Counted from the first letter of the stretch, positions 1-9,438 are shown. The stretch: DNA of 64,000 nt from Alphaproteobacteria bacterium (GCA_965261735.1 OZ253470.1:2592001-2656000), one strand, 5' to 3'. The notes: generated by a model from the letters alone, not told the origin. Numbers and translations are program-made.

Positions 1-13
1 ATGCTGCATGTTC

Positions 14-37
14 TGTCAAGCTTTCTTTGTAAGCCCC
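14..37. repeat. Right terminal repeat of an IS1595-type element/cassette extending left out of the window
   Basis: TGTCAAGCTTTCTTTGTAAGCCCC is identical to 7964-7987, the right end of the TSD-flanked cassette 7601-7987. Confidence 0.7.
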
Positions 38-137
38 TTTGTCCCTGTCGATAGGGAGAGGAGTTCGTCAAGTTCGGAATGTGTAGATGCCTAGGGCTTT
101 GGCGGGAACCGACTTGGCCTGTATGGTGCCGCCGGCT

Positions 138-1428
138 ATGGCTGTGACGCACACATCGCCGTTTCCAAGCGTATTGGCCGCTGTCCTCGAGCGCGACGGC
201 ATAGCGCTCCCAGGGCACAGGGCGGAGCACGCGATCGCGTGCTTCAATCCCCACCACCGGGATGACGCGGCGATGTCAATGCGGATCGACACCGTGCGGG
301 GGGGCTACCGCTGCTACGGGTGCGGTATCCGTGGGAACTCCTGGACCTATCTGACCCGGATAAGGGGCCTCGAGCCAAGGGCCGCCGAGGCGCTGCTTAC
401 GGAGCTGGGCTGGCCCGAAGAGCTATTCCGCGTGTCCCACGTCTGGCTCGAGGAACAGGAGCGCGTGAAATCGGGTGCGGCCAAGTAACATGGACGAGCC
501 CTGCATGACGGTCGGCGGATGCAACGGCGTGCCCCTGGCCAGAGCCATCGCCAAGCATGTCTACCGGCTCGCTAGTGGGAGCCTGGTATGCTTGCGCTTG
601 AGGTACGAGGCCATTCACAGACGCATCCCGAAGTGCTTGACGTTCACGCCTTCCCACAGGGGCGGCTGGTGGGAGGCGCTTCCGAACAGCACCGCTGTAC
701 CGTCCGAGGACCGGCACGGGGGCGGACTACCGCTCTATCGCCTTCCCGAGCTCTTGAAGGCTATCGAGGGCAACGACCGGGAGATTTGGATCGTCGCGGA
801 CGAGAGGTGCGTCGATGCCGTTCTGGCGCTGCCGGACACAGACTTTTCCAAGGACGGAAAGGTCCCCGTCACATGCCTGTTCGGCGACTACCGGGGAAAA
901 CCCGGACAATGCGACCTCGCTCCACTGCGGGGCCGAAGGTGCCTTCTGATCGCCGACACCGACACCAGAGACCGGAACGCCGTGCTGGCGACCGCGCGGG
1001 CGCTAGCGAAGCTCGATTGCGGTATCCGGCTTTGCCTGCCTGACGGCGAAGGCGGCTACGGCGTTGCCGATGCCATCGCCGAGGGCGGCTACCGGAACAT
1101 GATCGCCTGGATACGGAATGCGGGCATCCATCAGTTCCGCTGTGGCCCAACGCTACCGGCCGTCGCGGCTTACCTCGAAGACCTTCCGGCCGGACAGTGG
1201 GTCGTCGATCCCGCCGACCTCTACGCTGCCGCCGGCGTCGAGAAACGCCCGGATCGTCACACTGTTGCTTTGATCCGCGAGACCGCCGTTTCGACGGGCT
1301 GGGAATTCCGGCGGGTAAAGCGCAAGCCGTTCCGGGACCGGGCGATGTTCGTCCGGAAGGGAGCGAAACCGAAAGGACTACCCCGAGGGCGCCCGTTTGC
1401 GCTGATCGCCACCCACGCAAGCCTATGA
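138..1428 (+). pseudogene. Primase-like gene (CHC2 zinc finger + degenerate TOPRIM), split by an apparent 1-nt insertion at ~487
   Basis: ORF 87..488 has C-x3-H...CYGC zinc ribbon. ORF 475..1428 has LPLYRLP, IWIVADERC, LRGRRCLLIADTD (TOPRIM-like). Removing one A from AAG TAA C ATG gives a continuous K-Y-M-D-E frame. Confidence 0.6.
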
Positions 1429-1737
1429 TATTCCTGTAGTCCCGCGCTGATGGGCACCTCGGCATTAGCCAGTTGCTCTATTCCGGGAGCGCCTCGGATC
1501 CAGGCAAACAGAGGCAAAAATGGCCGATTCTTACTGGTCTCTTGAGGCGAGGGTGATCGGCGTCGGAGATTGCCGTCCGATTTGGAGTGCAAAGGTGATC
1601 ACTCTGATTGGGACATCCCGGTCGTCAATAGGGGACCCGCGCGGCTTCGTGTGGCGCCCTGCGACATGTGAGCGAGGCCGTGTGGGAGTGCCTCGACCCA
1701 CCGGGGCAACCGGGCCGCAGGGACCGCCGGCGGCGCG

Positions 1738-1856
1738 TCAGGAGCGGTTCTTGAAGCGCCAGCTCTCGTTGCCGGTTTCGATGATCTCGCAATGATGGGT
1801 CGGGTGGTCGAGTAAGGCCTGGTGATCTTGGGGTCGTCGAAAACACTCTTGCCCAC
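1738..1856 (-). pseudogene. istB: IS21-family istB C-terminal remnant
   Basis: Minus strand reads KSVFDDPKIT/[frameshift]/ALLDHPTHHCEIIETGNESWRFKNRS*, matching the IstB C-terminal pattern (SVFGDxKMTTALLDRLTHHCxIxETGNxSWRFK). Confidence 0.75.
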
Positions 1857-2237
1857 GATCGACTGATATGGCCCACGAACGCCGCTCGCAAGAGGAAACT
1901 CCTGGGGTTTGGCGTTCTAGCTAACCTCGACTTGTGCCAGCGCGGGGCGATCGGGTGCCTTTCTCCATCGCCAAGCACCAAATCGGCAGCCCGTATGTTG
2001 GGCCGCGCGCCCAATACAAGACCGCCTCGCGGGAACAAGCGGGAACCCTCGCATAGCTGCTTTGGTTGTTTGGCGACCGGCCCGGCATCCCACCGGCGAC
2101 ATCGGCGGGTGATAGATCGTAGATCGATCGTACCGCGGGCCTCCTAGAGATTGGTCGGAAGGTCATCCGTATCTGGCACGACCAGAGGCTTGACTTCCTC
2201 GCTGGACAGACCGCCGCCGTTTTCCATGACCTCAGCA

Positions 2238-4129
2238 CGTTTCTCGACATCGTCTGATGCACCGTTTTCTGTAGAGGGGGGATTCGTAGCCGCCACAACG
2301 CCACAACCGTTGCCCACAGCGGAGTTCAGCGATTTCCCATCCGCCACACGATCGGGGCTTGTGGCGGATACGGAATCACCAAACCCCGCGCTCACCTTGA
2401 GTTGTGGCGTTGTGGCGGATGGTTTTGGGGGGTCTTCGGAAGAAGGGATGTCATAGCGTTTCCAGGCCGGCTCAAAGGCAGCGCGCTTGTACCCCTTCGG
2501 CGTCGCGCCGCCATTCACGCGTATCGTGCTGGGAGCGATCCCGAAGCTCTTAAGCAGCGTCGCCAGGCCGCGCGGCGACAGCGGTTTGCCGCGTGACCAT
2601 TCGGACCAGGGGACGCGCTACCGGCGACCTCGACGTGCGACAGCGCGGGCTTCGATTTTATGATCGCGGATAACGGGGCGTACTAGAAATCGGTCGGATA
2701 GTCCGCATTCGGTTCGTCACCGTCGTGCCCCGTGATCGTCGCGCGTTTCTCGACATCGTCTGATGCACCGTTTCCTGTAGAGGGGGGATTCGTAGCCGCC
2801 ACAACGCCACAACCGTTGCCCACAGCGGAGTTCAGCGATTTCCCATCCGCCACACGGTCGGGGCTTGTGGCGGATACGGAATCACCAAACCCCGCGCTCA
2901 CCTTGAGTTGTGGCGTTGTGGCGGATGGTTTTGGGGGGTCTTCGGAAGAAGGGATGTCATAGCGTTTCCAGACCGGCTCAAAGGCAGCGCGCTTGTACCC
3001 CTTCGGCGTCGCGCCGCCATTCACGCGTATCGTGCTGGGAGCGATCCCGAAGCTCTTAAGCAGCGTCGCCAGGCCGCGCGGCGACAGCGGTTTGCCGCGT
3101 GACCATTCGGACCAGGGGACGCGCTACCGGCGACCTCGACGTGCGACAGCGCGGGCTTCGATTTTATGATCGCGGATAACGGGGCGTACTAGAAATCGGT
3201 CGGATAGTCCGCATTCGGTTCGTCACCGTCGTGCCCCGTGATCGCCGCGCGTTTCTCGACATCGTCTGATGCACCGTTTCCTGTAGAGGGGGGATTCGTA
3301 GCCGCCACAACGCCACAACCGTTGCCCACAGCGGAGTTCAGCGATTTCCCATCCGCCACACGGTCGGGGCTTGTGGCGGATACGGAATCACCAAACCCCG
3401 CGCTCACCTTGAGTTGTGGCGTTGTGGCGGATGGTTTTGGGGGGTCTTCGGAAGAAGGGATGTCATAGCGTTTCCAGACCGGCTCAAAGGCAGCGCGCTT
3501 GTACCCCTTCGGCGTCGCGCCGCCATTCACGCGTATCGTGCTGGGAGCGATCCCGAAGCTCTTAAGCAGCGTCGCCAGGCCGCGCGGCGACAGCGGTTTG
3601 CCGCGTGACCATTCGGACCAGGGGACGCGCTACCGGCGACCTCGACGTGCGACAGCGCGGGCTTCGATTTTATGATCGCGGATAACGGGGCGTACTAGAA
3701 ATCGGTCGGATAGTCCGCATTCGGTTCGTCACCGTCGTGCCCCGTGATCGCCGCGCGTTTCTCGACATCGTCTGATGCACCGTTTCCTGTAGAGGGGGGA
3801 TTCGTAGCCGCCACAACGCCACAACCGTTGCCCACAGCGGAGTTCAGCGATTTCCCATCCGCCACACGGTCGGGGCTTGTGGCGGATACGGAATCACCAA
3901 ACCCCGCGCTCACCTTGAGTTGTGGCGTTGTGGCGGATGGTTTTGGGGGGTCTTCGGAAGAAGGGATGTCATAGCGTTTCCAGACCGGCTCAAAGGCAGC
4001 GCGCTTGTACCCCTTCGGCGTTGCGCCGCCATTCACGCGTATCGTGCTGGGAGCGATCCCGAAGCTCTTAAGCAGCGTCGCCAGGCCGCGCGGCGACAGC
4101 GGTTTGCCGCGTGACCATTCGGACCAGGG
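2238..4129. repeat. Tandem array of 506-bp units (3 full: 2612-3117, 3118-3623, 3624-4129; 1 partial: 2238-2611) = primase 3' end + palindromic origin-like repeats
   Basis: Junction GGACCAGGG|GACGCGCTA recurs every 506 bp. Copies differ by a few SNPs. The leftmost copy ends in a different C-terminal tail (stop at 2144). Confidence 0.95.
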
Positions 4130-5935
4130 TCGGTCCTCCATAGTAACCAGGGCCGGTAGGATGGCGGGCTCTAGCGAGATTTGGGCCACATCGGGCTTGC
4201 CGGTTGGCAGGTGAGCGGGGTCGCCGGCGCCGCGGAATACTTGCCATAGGTCGGCAAGCAGCATTTCACGGGCACCGGTCTCAGATTCAGCGGACGCGTT
4301 GATCGCCTCGCAGGCTCGATATGCCCGGCCCGTTCCTCCAGCCCACTCGCCACCGGCAACCTCGCCGATCGCCAACAGGGCTTCCCAGGCGTCGCGGGTC
4401 CGGTCGTTCAGGACGGGTGGGAAGGCGACGGCGTTGCGGCGCTCCAGGACGGCGTCGCCGTCGTCGGCGATCCACCGGGCGAGCTTGCAGTTCAAATCCG
4501 CGATGGCTTGCTCGTCTCGGTCTCGCCAGCGCGGGAGATCGCCGACGTTGGGCGCACGACGCTCCAACCTAATCAGCAATGAGCGATCAAGGACGGTGTC
4601 GTGCAGGCTGCCGATCCCGCTTATCACCTTTGCGCACCAGATCCCAAAGAGGCGCGGTTCGTAATTGTCGCCCACCGTGCGCATGACATATGCCAAGTCG
4701 CGACGTTGGGAACCGTTGACGAGGCCTCTCAACTCCTTATCATCGCCCAAGAAGGTATCGGCTTCATCGAGTAGCAGCGTCGGCGCGTATAGTTCGATAG
4801 TGCGGAACAGGGCCGCCGGCGTGATTCTTCCGGAGGCAGCCAGCGGCTTGCACACCAGGGCGACAAGAACCTCCATCAACAGAGACTTGCCGCAACGCTT
4901 GGTTGCGCTCGTGATGTTCAAGAAGGTCGATATCTTGAGCCGGTCGTGCATCCATGTGTGGACAACCCACAGCGCCGCGGCGTCGGCCGACGTCTCGGGC
5001 ATGTCCACATAGCGCCGGATCAGCTCGGCAATGGCGTCGAGCAGCGCAGCACCGTCGACCGGGCCGGGCCAGGGTTCGACCTCGTCCCACTGTAGAGGCT
5101 GGCCTTGCAAACCGTCGCTATCCCTGCTCTCGGTGGCGGCCATGGCAGCTTTAAGGTCGCCGATCATGACCTTGGCTTCCCGCAGTTTGCGGAGTAGCCG
5201 TTGCCATTCGGCGGCGTTGTCGCGCCGAAGTTCCGCCAGCCTCGCCGGCATATCCGGCTCGAATGGCGCACCGGGATCGCTCTTGGCGCGCTCAGCAAGC
5301 TCATCCTTCCAGTCCATCGGCGTCCACTGCTTCGCTCCGGCTTCGATCCGTTCGCGAACATCGTCGGCGCCATCCGCCTCGATCCAGTCGAAGATGTCCT
5401 TTCCGTCGTCGCCCTCCGGTAGGTAGATGCGCACCTTGCATCCGAGCGAGTGGAGATGCTGGGCGAGAGCCTCCATCGCCTTGCGTCCGGGATCATCGGC
5501 GTCTGCGACCAACAGCACTTCTCGGCCCGCGAGCGGTTGCCAGTTCGTCCTATTCAGGGCTCTGCACCCGCCGGACCATGTAATGACGAGTTGGAACGCA
5601 AAAGCGTCGTGGGCACCGTCAGCGCACTTCTCACCCTCGACCACGACGACGGGGCCGGCGGACTTGGGGATGTCGGGGAGCCTGTAAAGCGGGCGCGGCG
5701 CAGGCATGCCCTTGAGCCTCCACTTGGAGCCATCCCAGGTCGCGGGACGGATGACCTTGTCGTCGTCAGGATCCTTGGGCAGCCACCGCGCCACATAGAA
5801 GGCAACGCCGCCTTCCGCCGTAGGGTAGGTCGAGATCTTCACCGGATCGCCGATGGCTTCCTGCGGTCGCAATTTGTCCCAATCCGGGGCGGGCGCGTCT
5901 GGCGGAACAGGACTGACCGGTCTGTAATCGGTCAT
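3695..5935 (-). CDS. Satellite/ICE primase-helicase (TOPRIM + P-loop + DUF3631), 746 aa
   Basis: VVEGEKCAD, DADDPG, DIFD (TOPRIM); ATKRCGKS Walker A; LLLDEAD Walker B; C-terminal PWSEWSRGKPL...KGY (DUF3631). ATG at 5935 overlaps the upstream stop. Confidence 0.85.
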   Translation of the reverse strand: MTDYRPVSPVPPDAPAPDWDKLRPQEAIGDPVKISTYPTAEGGVAFYVARWLPKDPDDDKVIRPATWDGSKWRLKGMPAPRPLYRLPDIPKSAGPVVVVEGEKCADGAHDAFAFQLVITWSGGCRALNRTNWQPLAGREVLLVADADDPGRKAMEALAQHLHSLGCKVRIYLPEGDDGKDIFDWIEADGADDVRERIEAGAKQWTPMDWKDELAERAKSDPGAPFEPDMPARLAELRRDNAAEWQRLLRKLREAKVMIGDLKAAMAATESRDSDGLQGQPLQWDEVEPWPGPVDGAALLDAIAELIRRYVDMPETSADAAALWVVHTWMHDRLKISTFLNITSATKRCGKSLLMEVLVALVCKPLAASGRITPAALFRTIELYAPTLLLDEADTFLGDDKELRGLVNGSQRRDLAYVMRTVGDNYEPRLFGIWCAKVISGIGSLHDTVLDRSLLIRLERRAPNVGDLPRWRDRDEQAIADLNCKLARWIADDGDAVLERRNAVAFPPVLNDRTRDAWEALLAIGEVAGGEWAGGTGRAYRACEAINASAESETGAREMLLADLWQVFRGAGDPAHLPTGKPDVAQISLEPAILPALVTMEDRPWSEWSRGKPLSPRGLATLLKSFGIAPSTIRVNGGATPKGYKRAAFEPVWKRYDIPSSEDPPKPSATTPQLKVSAGFGDSVSATSPDRVADGKSLNSAVGNGCGVVAATNPPSTGNGASDDVEKRAAITGHDGDEPNADYPTDF
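3808..3936. other. Candidate replication origin inside the primase 3' end (nested inverted repeats)
   Basis: Perfect 18-bp IR CCGCCACAACGCCACAAC (3808-3825)/(3919-3936) and inner IR ATCCGCCACA (3857-3866)/(3878-3887); repeated in each array unit. Confidence 0.6.
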
Positions 5936-6336
5936 GGCGCCACCCGGAGCATTTCGGCGAGCTTGCGCGCAGCTTCGACTTGCGACAGATCGAACAGATA
6001 CGCGGCAAGGCTGATCGGATCGCCGCCCCTGGCATCGCTCAGGGCGAAGTCGGCCCAGCGGCCGGTTTCCAGGTTCACCTTGAACGAGCCGGTATGGCGG
6101 TCCGCGCGGAGCCGGTTCAGCGCGACCCACTCCCGGCCTTCTCGTCGGCCGCCCGGGAGCCAGCCCATGACTAGCGCCGGGAGACAAGCGAGCGCGGCCG
6201 CGTTGACTGCAGCGAAGTCCGGTCCCGCCTTGTTGCGGGCGCGGGCTACGGTTGTAGAATCAACTCGTGAGTATCGAGAGACACTACGCGCCGTTCCGGC
6301 TTCCCGTGCCGGACGGCGCTTCCATTTCCGGCGCAT
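5932..6336 (-). CDS. Stand-alone primase zinc-binding-like domain protein
   Basis: WLPGGRREGREWVALN..R.D..GSFKVNL.TGRWADFA...GGDPISLAAYL; translationally coupled to the primase. Confidence 0.65.
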   Translation of the reverse strand: MRRKWKRRPAREAGTARSVSRYSRVDSTTVARARNKAGPDFAAVNAAALACLPALVMGWLPGGRREGREWVALNRLRADRHTGSFKVNLETGRWADFALSDARGGDPISLAAYLFDLSQVEAARKLAEMLRVAP

Positions 6337-6339
6337 GCG

Positions 6340-6588
6340 TCATGCCCTGCCCGGGGCCTTTGGATCGGCGATAGGCCGCGACTCGATCCATTTCTGGATA
6401 TCTGACAGGCGCCAAGCGACTGCGCCTCTCGGGCCGCTGCCGATGCGGACGGGACGTGGAAACCAGCCTTGGTCCATCTTCGCGTAAATGGCTGCGCAAC
6501 TCATGGCGGTCATCGCCTCGACTTCGGGCCGACGCAGCAACCGGTCAAGAGTGTTCGAGGGTGGTTTCGTAAAGGATGCGGTTTTCAT
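6340..6588 (-). CDS. alpA: AlpA-family regulator/excisionase
   Basis: RLLRRPEVEAMT..S...IYAKM..G.FPRPVRIG...AVAWRLSDIQKWI. Confidence 0.9.
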   Translation of the reverse strand: MKTASFTKPPSNTLDRLLRRPEVEAMTAMSCAAIYAKMDQGWFPRPVRIGSGPRGAVAWRLSDIQKWIESRPIADPKAPGRA

Positions 6589-6696
6589 TGTGCGACTCCG
6601 TTTCTTGGAAATCGCTACCCATTATTGGCATTTCGCAAGAGTTCGCAGGATGATAAATCGCATTTATCCTCACAAGGAGGGCACGGGCGCCGGTGT

Positions 6697-7599
6697 TCAG
6701 TTCAGGGTGCGGCCCTGTTCTCGCCAGCGTCGCAGAATGGCTCGTATCTGCACAACAATTGCGCTTACCCGGTCCTGCTCGCGCCAGCGTTCCAGCATGG
6801 CCGGCCCTAGCGCAACACCGTTTTCCTTGTCCTTGGTCGGCTCCCACACTGATCTTGCCGTCTCGTACGAGAAGTCCCCGTCTCCGTTCTGCTGAAATGC
6901 AAGCGTCACGGCGTCCAAAATTGACTTGTGCCGAGGAGCGCTTTTGCGGGTTGGGTCCATGCCCGTTAGGTAGGCGAGGTGCGCGACGGTGTAGTTGATG
7001 CGCCTGTCGCGCAACCAGTTCTTCGTCGGCGGCCCCTTACCACCGTAGCGGGGCAGGTTCTCAAACCGGGACTTTGCAGAACGCGCGCGGAGCTCACGTG
7101 GGAGAGGCTCACCCTCTAGATCGAACAGCCCCAAGAGAGCACGGAGAACAAGCTCCCCCTCATAAACTTCCTGCTTGGCATTTAGAAGAAGACTTGAACA
7201 ATGCAGGCAGCCGCCATTGCAGTAGATCTCAAACAGCAATTCGGCGAAGCTTTGGACCAAAACCAGATCTTCGGGTGGCACACTGTCGAAACGGGGGCGG
7301 TTCTTACTGTTGAGCGCGGAACCATCGCGCATACTCTTGTCGAATAGGAGGTTTTCTGCCGCCTTTACCATTTTATCGAAGTCGAAGGCGCGACCCATGC
7401 GACCGGCGGTGACGGGCGGGCTCCCTTTCTGTGAGGTTTCCCGGCCCCACAGGTCGGCGCTTGTAGCGCCGTCGGGATGCGCGTCGGAAATGCTCTCTAA
7501 AAGCGCGTCGTCATCATCCTGATATCTACGAACGAAAGCATCCTGCTTCGCTTGCAGAGCCGCCGTGTGTGGGCGGCAGGAGCATTCCGGGCTATTCAT
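6697..7599 (-). CDS. Hypothetical protein (300 aa) between integrase and AlpA
   Basis: Long ORF in the usual int-X-alpA position; its ATG lies within the TATTCATG target duplication. Confidence 0.6.
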   Translation of the reverse strand: MNSPECSCRPHTAALQAKQDAFVRRYQDDDDALLESISDAHPDGATSADLWGRETSQKGSPPVTAGRMGRAFDFDKMVKAAENLLFDKSMRDGSALNSKNRPRFDSVPPEDLVLVQSFAELLFEIYCNGGCLHCSSLLLNAKQEVYEGELVLRALLGLFDLEGEPLPRELRARSAKSRFENLPRYGGKGPPTKNWLRDRRINYTVAHLAYLTGMDPTRKSAPRHKSILDAVTLAFQQNGDGDFSYETARSVWEPTKDKENGVALGPAMLERWREQDRVSAIVVQIRAILRRWREQGRTLN

Positions 7600-7600
7600 G

Positions 7601-7987
7601 GGGGCTTATCCACGTAGCTTGACAAGGAACTTACATACCTAATGCCAAACCCCTAGGAGGGAGCTATGGCTGACGCAACATCCTCTCAGCCAACTCAACA
7701 AGGCTCTTTCCAATTTCCAGAGCCTCTTCAGCCGGAAGAAGAATGGTTAGAGCTTTATGATGCTCGGTTTTATCTTCTGGAAAATCAAGACGTACCGACT
7801 TTTGTATTCCATGTGGCAGCTTCGCGGTTGTGGCGGCCGTGACCTGGATTTTGCCCATAACTCACTCCTCTCTGTATCAATCCCCATATGCGTACCAGCG
7901 GGCGGAGCGCTCATGCTAGCTGTACAGGGCGCCTGGACCAGGCAGGTAGTTGCTGCGGGTTCTTGTCAAGCTTTCTTTGTAAGCCCC
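7601..7987. mobile_element. Non-autonomous IS1595-type mobile insertion cassette (387 bp) with passenger ORF
   Basis: Imperfect 26-bp TIRs GGGGCTTA-N7-AGCTTGACAAG (7601-7626 / 7962-7987); flanking 8-bp direct repeat TATTCATG (7593-7600 / 7988-7995); no transposase. Confidence 0.85.
7664..7858 (-). CDS. Small passenger hypothetical protein (64 aa)
   Basis: ATG preceded by AGAGGAG; lower GC than flanks; wholly inside the cassette. Confidence 0.6.
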   Translation of the reverse strand: MGKIQVTAATTAKLPHGIQKSVRLDFPEDKTEHHKALTILLPAEEALEIGKSLVELAERMLRQP

Positions 7988-9195
7988 TATTCATGCGCCC
8001 GGACCATCGACACGACACACCCGGTGCCGCCTTCCAGATAGCCCGCCCATTGGTCCATGAGCCTGCGGCGGCGCTCGAACAGGTCCGTCCGGTTGTAGGC
8101 TCGCTCCACTTTGTTGCGGACGGTATGCGCCAGCGCCGCCTCCGCGACAGCAGGGGGAGCGTTGGCCCGTTCCGCCGCCCAATCGCGGAAGCTCGATCGG
8201 AAGCCATGCGGCACGGCTTCGATGTTCAGGTCGCGCATAAGCTTCGATAGCGTCAGGTCCGCAAGCGGTTTGCCGGCCCGTGTGCCGGGGAAGACAAGAC
8301 CGCTCGCGGCTTCCAGCGCCCTCGCTTCGGCGAGAATCTGCACGGCACGGGCGCACAGCGGGACCCGGTGTTCCTGCTTTGCCTTCATCCGCTCAGCCGG
8401 AACTGTCCAGGTGCGTGCATCAGTGTCGATTTCTTCCCAAGTCGCAAGCCGGACTTCGCCCGAGCGCGCGGCTGTCAAAACCAGAAACTCGAACGCCAGC
8501 TTGACAGCCATCCCGGCACCGGACCCCCGCACCGCCTCGATGGCGTCTGCAACCTTGGCATGGAGCAACGCCGCGTGATGGCGCTTGCCGTTGTCGGTCT
8601 TCGGCAGGGCCGCGCCGAGGGCCTCTCCTGCCGGATTATCGGTCCGGTGGCCTTGCGCGATGGCCCATTTCATGATCGTGCCGATCCGCTGGCGGACGCG
8701 CCTCGCGGTTTCCGGCTTTTCGGTCCAGATGGGTAGGAGAGCCGCCATCACGTCCTTGGTGTCGATGTCCGAGACCGGACGCTTGCCCAAGCGAGGGAAG
8801 GCATACTCGCGAAGCGTCGAGTCCCACTGTGCTGCGTGCTTCGCATTGCGCCAGCCTGACCGATGGATCGCGATCACGGTCCGTGCCGCTTCCTCGAAGG
8901 TAGGCACCTCGGACTTGCGCTTGTGAGCCAGCGGATCGCCACCCTGCCGGGCGAGTTTCCGATTATGAAAGGCTGCCTCTCGGGCTTCGGCCAGTGACAC
9001 CAGCGGGAAGCCGCCCAGGCCAAGCTCGCGCCGGCGTCCCCGGATGACTAGACGCTGCACCCACTGCCGCGAGCCGGAAGGCTGCACCGCGAGATAGAGC
9101 CCGTTGTCGTCGCAGTAGAGCTTCGTTCGGGTTTCCGGCTTCACGGTCTCGACGAAACGGGCCGAGAGCCCGCGTTTGAGCTTTCGCTCTGTCAA
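7987..9195 (-). CDS. int: P4-type tyrosine integrase (arm-binding DUF4102 N-terminus)
   Basis: D.NGLYL.V.PSGSRQW, GLGGFPLVSLAEAR; catalytic ARSGEVR, HGFRSSFRDW, LAH, AYNR. Confidence 0.95.
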   Translation of the reverse strand: MTERKLKRGLSARFVETVKPETRTKLYCDDNGLYLAVQPSGSRQWVQRLVIRGRRRELGLGGFPLVSLAEAREAAFHNRKLARQGGDPLAHKRKSEVPTFEEAARTVIAIHRSGWRNAKHAAQWDSTLREYAFPRLGKRPVSDIDTKDVMAALLPIWTEKPETARRVRQRIGTIMKWAIAQGHRTDNPAGEALGAALPKTDNGKRHHAALLHAKVADAIEAVRGSGAGMAVKLAFEFLVLTAARSGEVRLATWEEIDTDARTWTVPAERMKAKQEHRVPLCARAVQILAEARALEAASGLVFPGTRAGKPLADLTLSKLMRDLNIEAVPHGFRSSFRDWAAERANAPPAVAEAALAHTVRNKVERAYNRTDLFERRRRLMDQWAGYLEGGTGCVVSMVRAHE

Positions 9196-9337
9196 TGTCC
9201 GTCTCCACCATTATACCCATCTTATTTGATGGGAACGTACAGGAACGGAGAGGGCCGGTCAAGAACGATGGAAACATTCAACATATTGATATTTATATAT
9301 TAAATTGAATATATGAGAATTGTTGAGAATGGTAATA

Positions 9338-9357
9338 GGCGGAGAACCACTCCGCCA
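9338..9357 (+). other. Probable attachment-site core (tRNA-Ser 3'-end-like CTCCGCCA, hairpin)
   Basis: GGCGGAG-AACCA-CTCCGCC-A directly after the AT-rich int leader, at the switch to host genes. Confidence 0.55.
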
Positions 9358-9438
9358 GCGTATCCACGGCCCCAGGTGCTTCGAGCAGATGGACGATGCC
9401 AAGGTCGTGCGCAAGGGTCACGCCTTCGCCGGATCCCC

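Noticed and set aside
2144-3530. Three independent 113-124 aa genes (MNGGATPKGY...)
   Set aside because: They are copies of the primase C-terminus starting at an internal GTG without an evident RBS.
2238-4129. CRISPR array or pure assembly artefact
   Set aside because: Units are 506 bp with no unique spacers and no cas genes. Private SNPs and a distinct tail argue against collapsed reads, though long reads are still needed.
5936-6187. 830-aa primase N-terminal extension
   Set aside because: It overlaps the ZBD-like gene in another frame; the coupled ATG at 5935 is the better start.
9233-9246. LexA box upstream of the left integrase
   Set aside because: GAAC-N6-GAAC has the wrong spacing; more likely integrase arm-type repeats.
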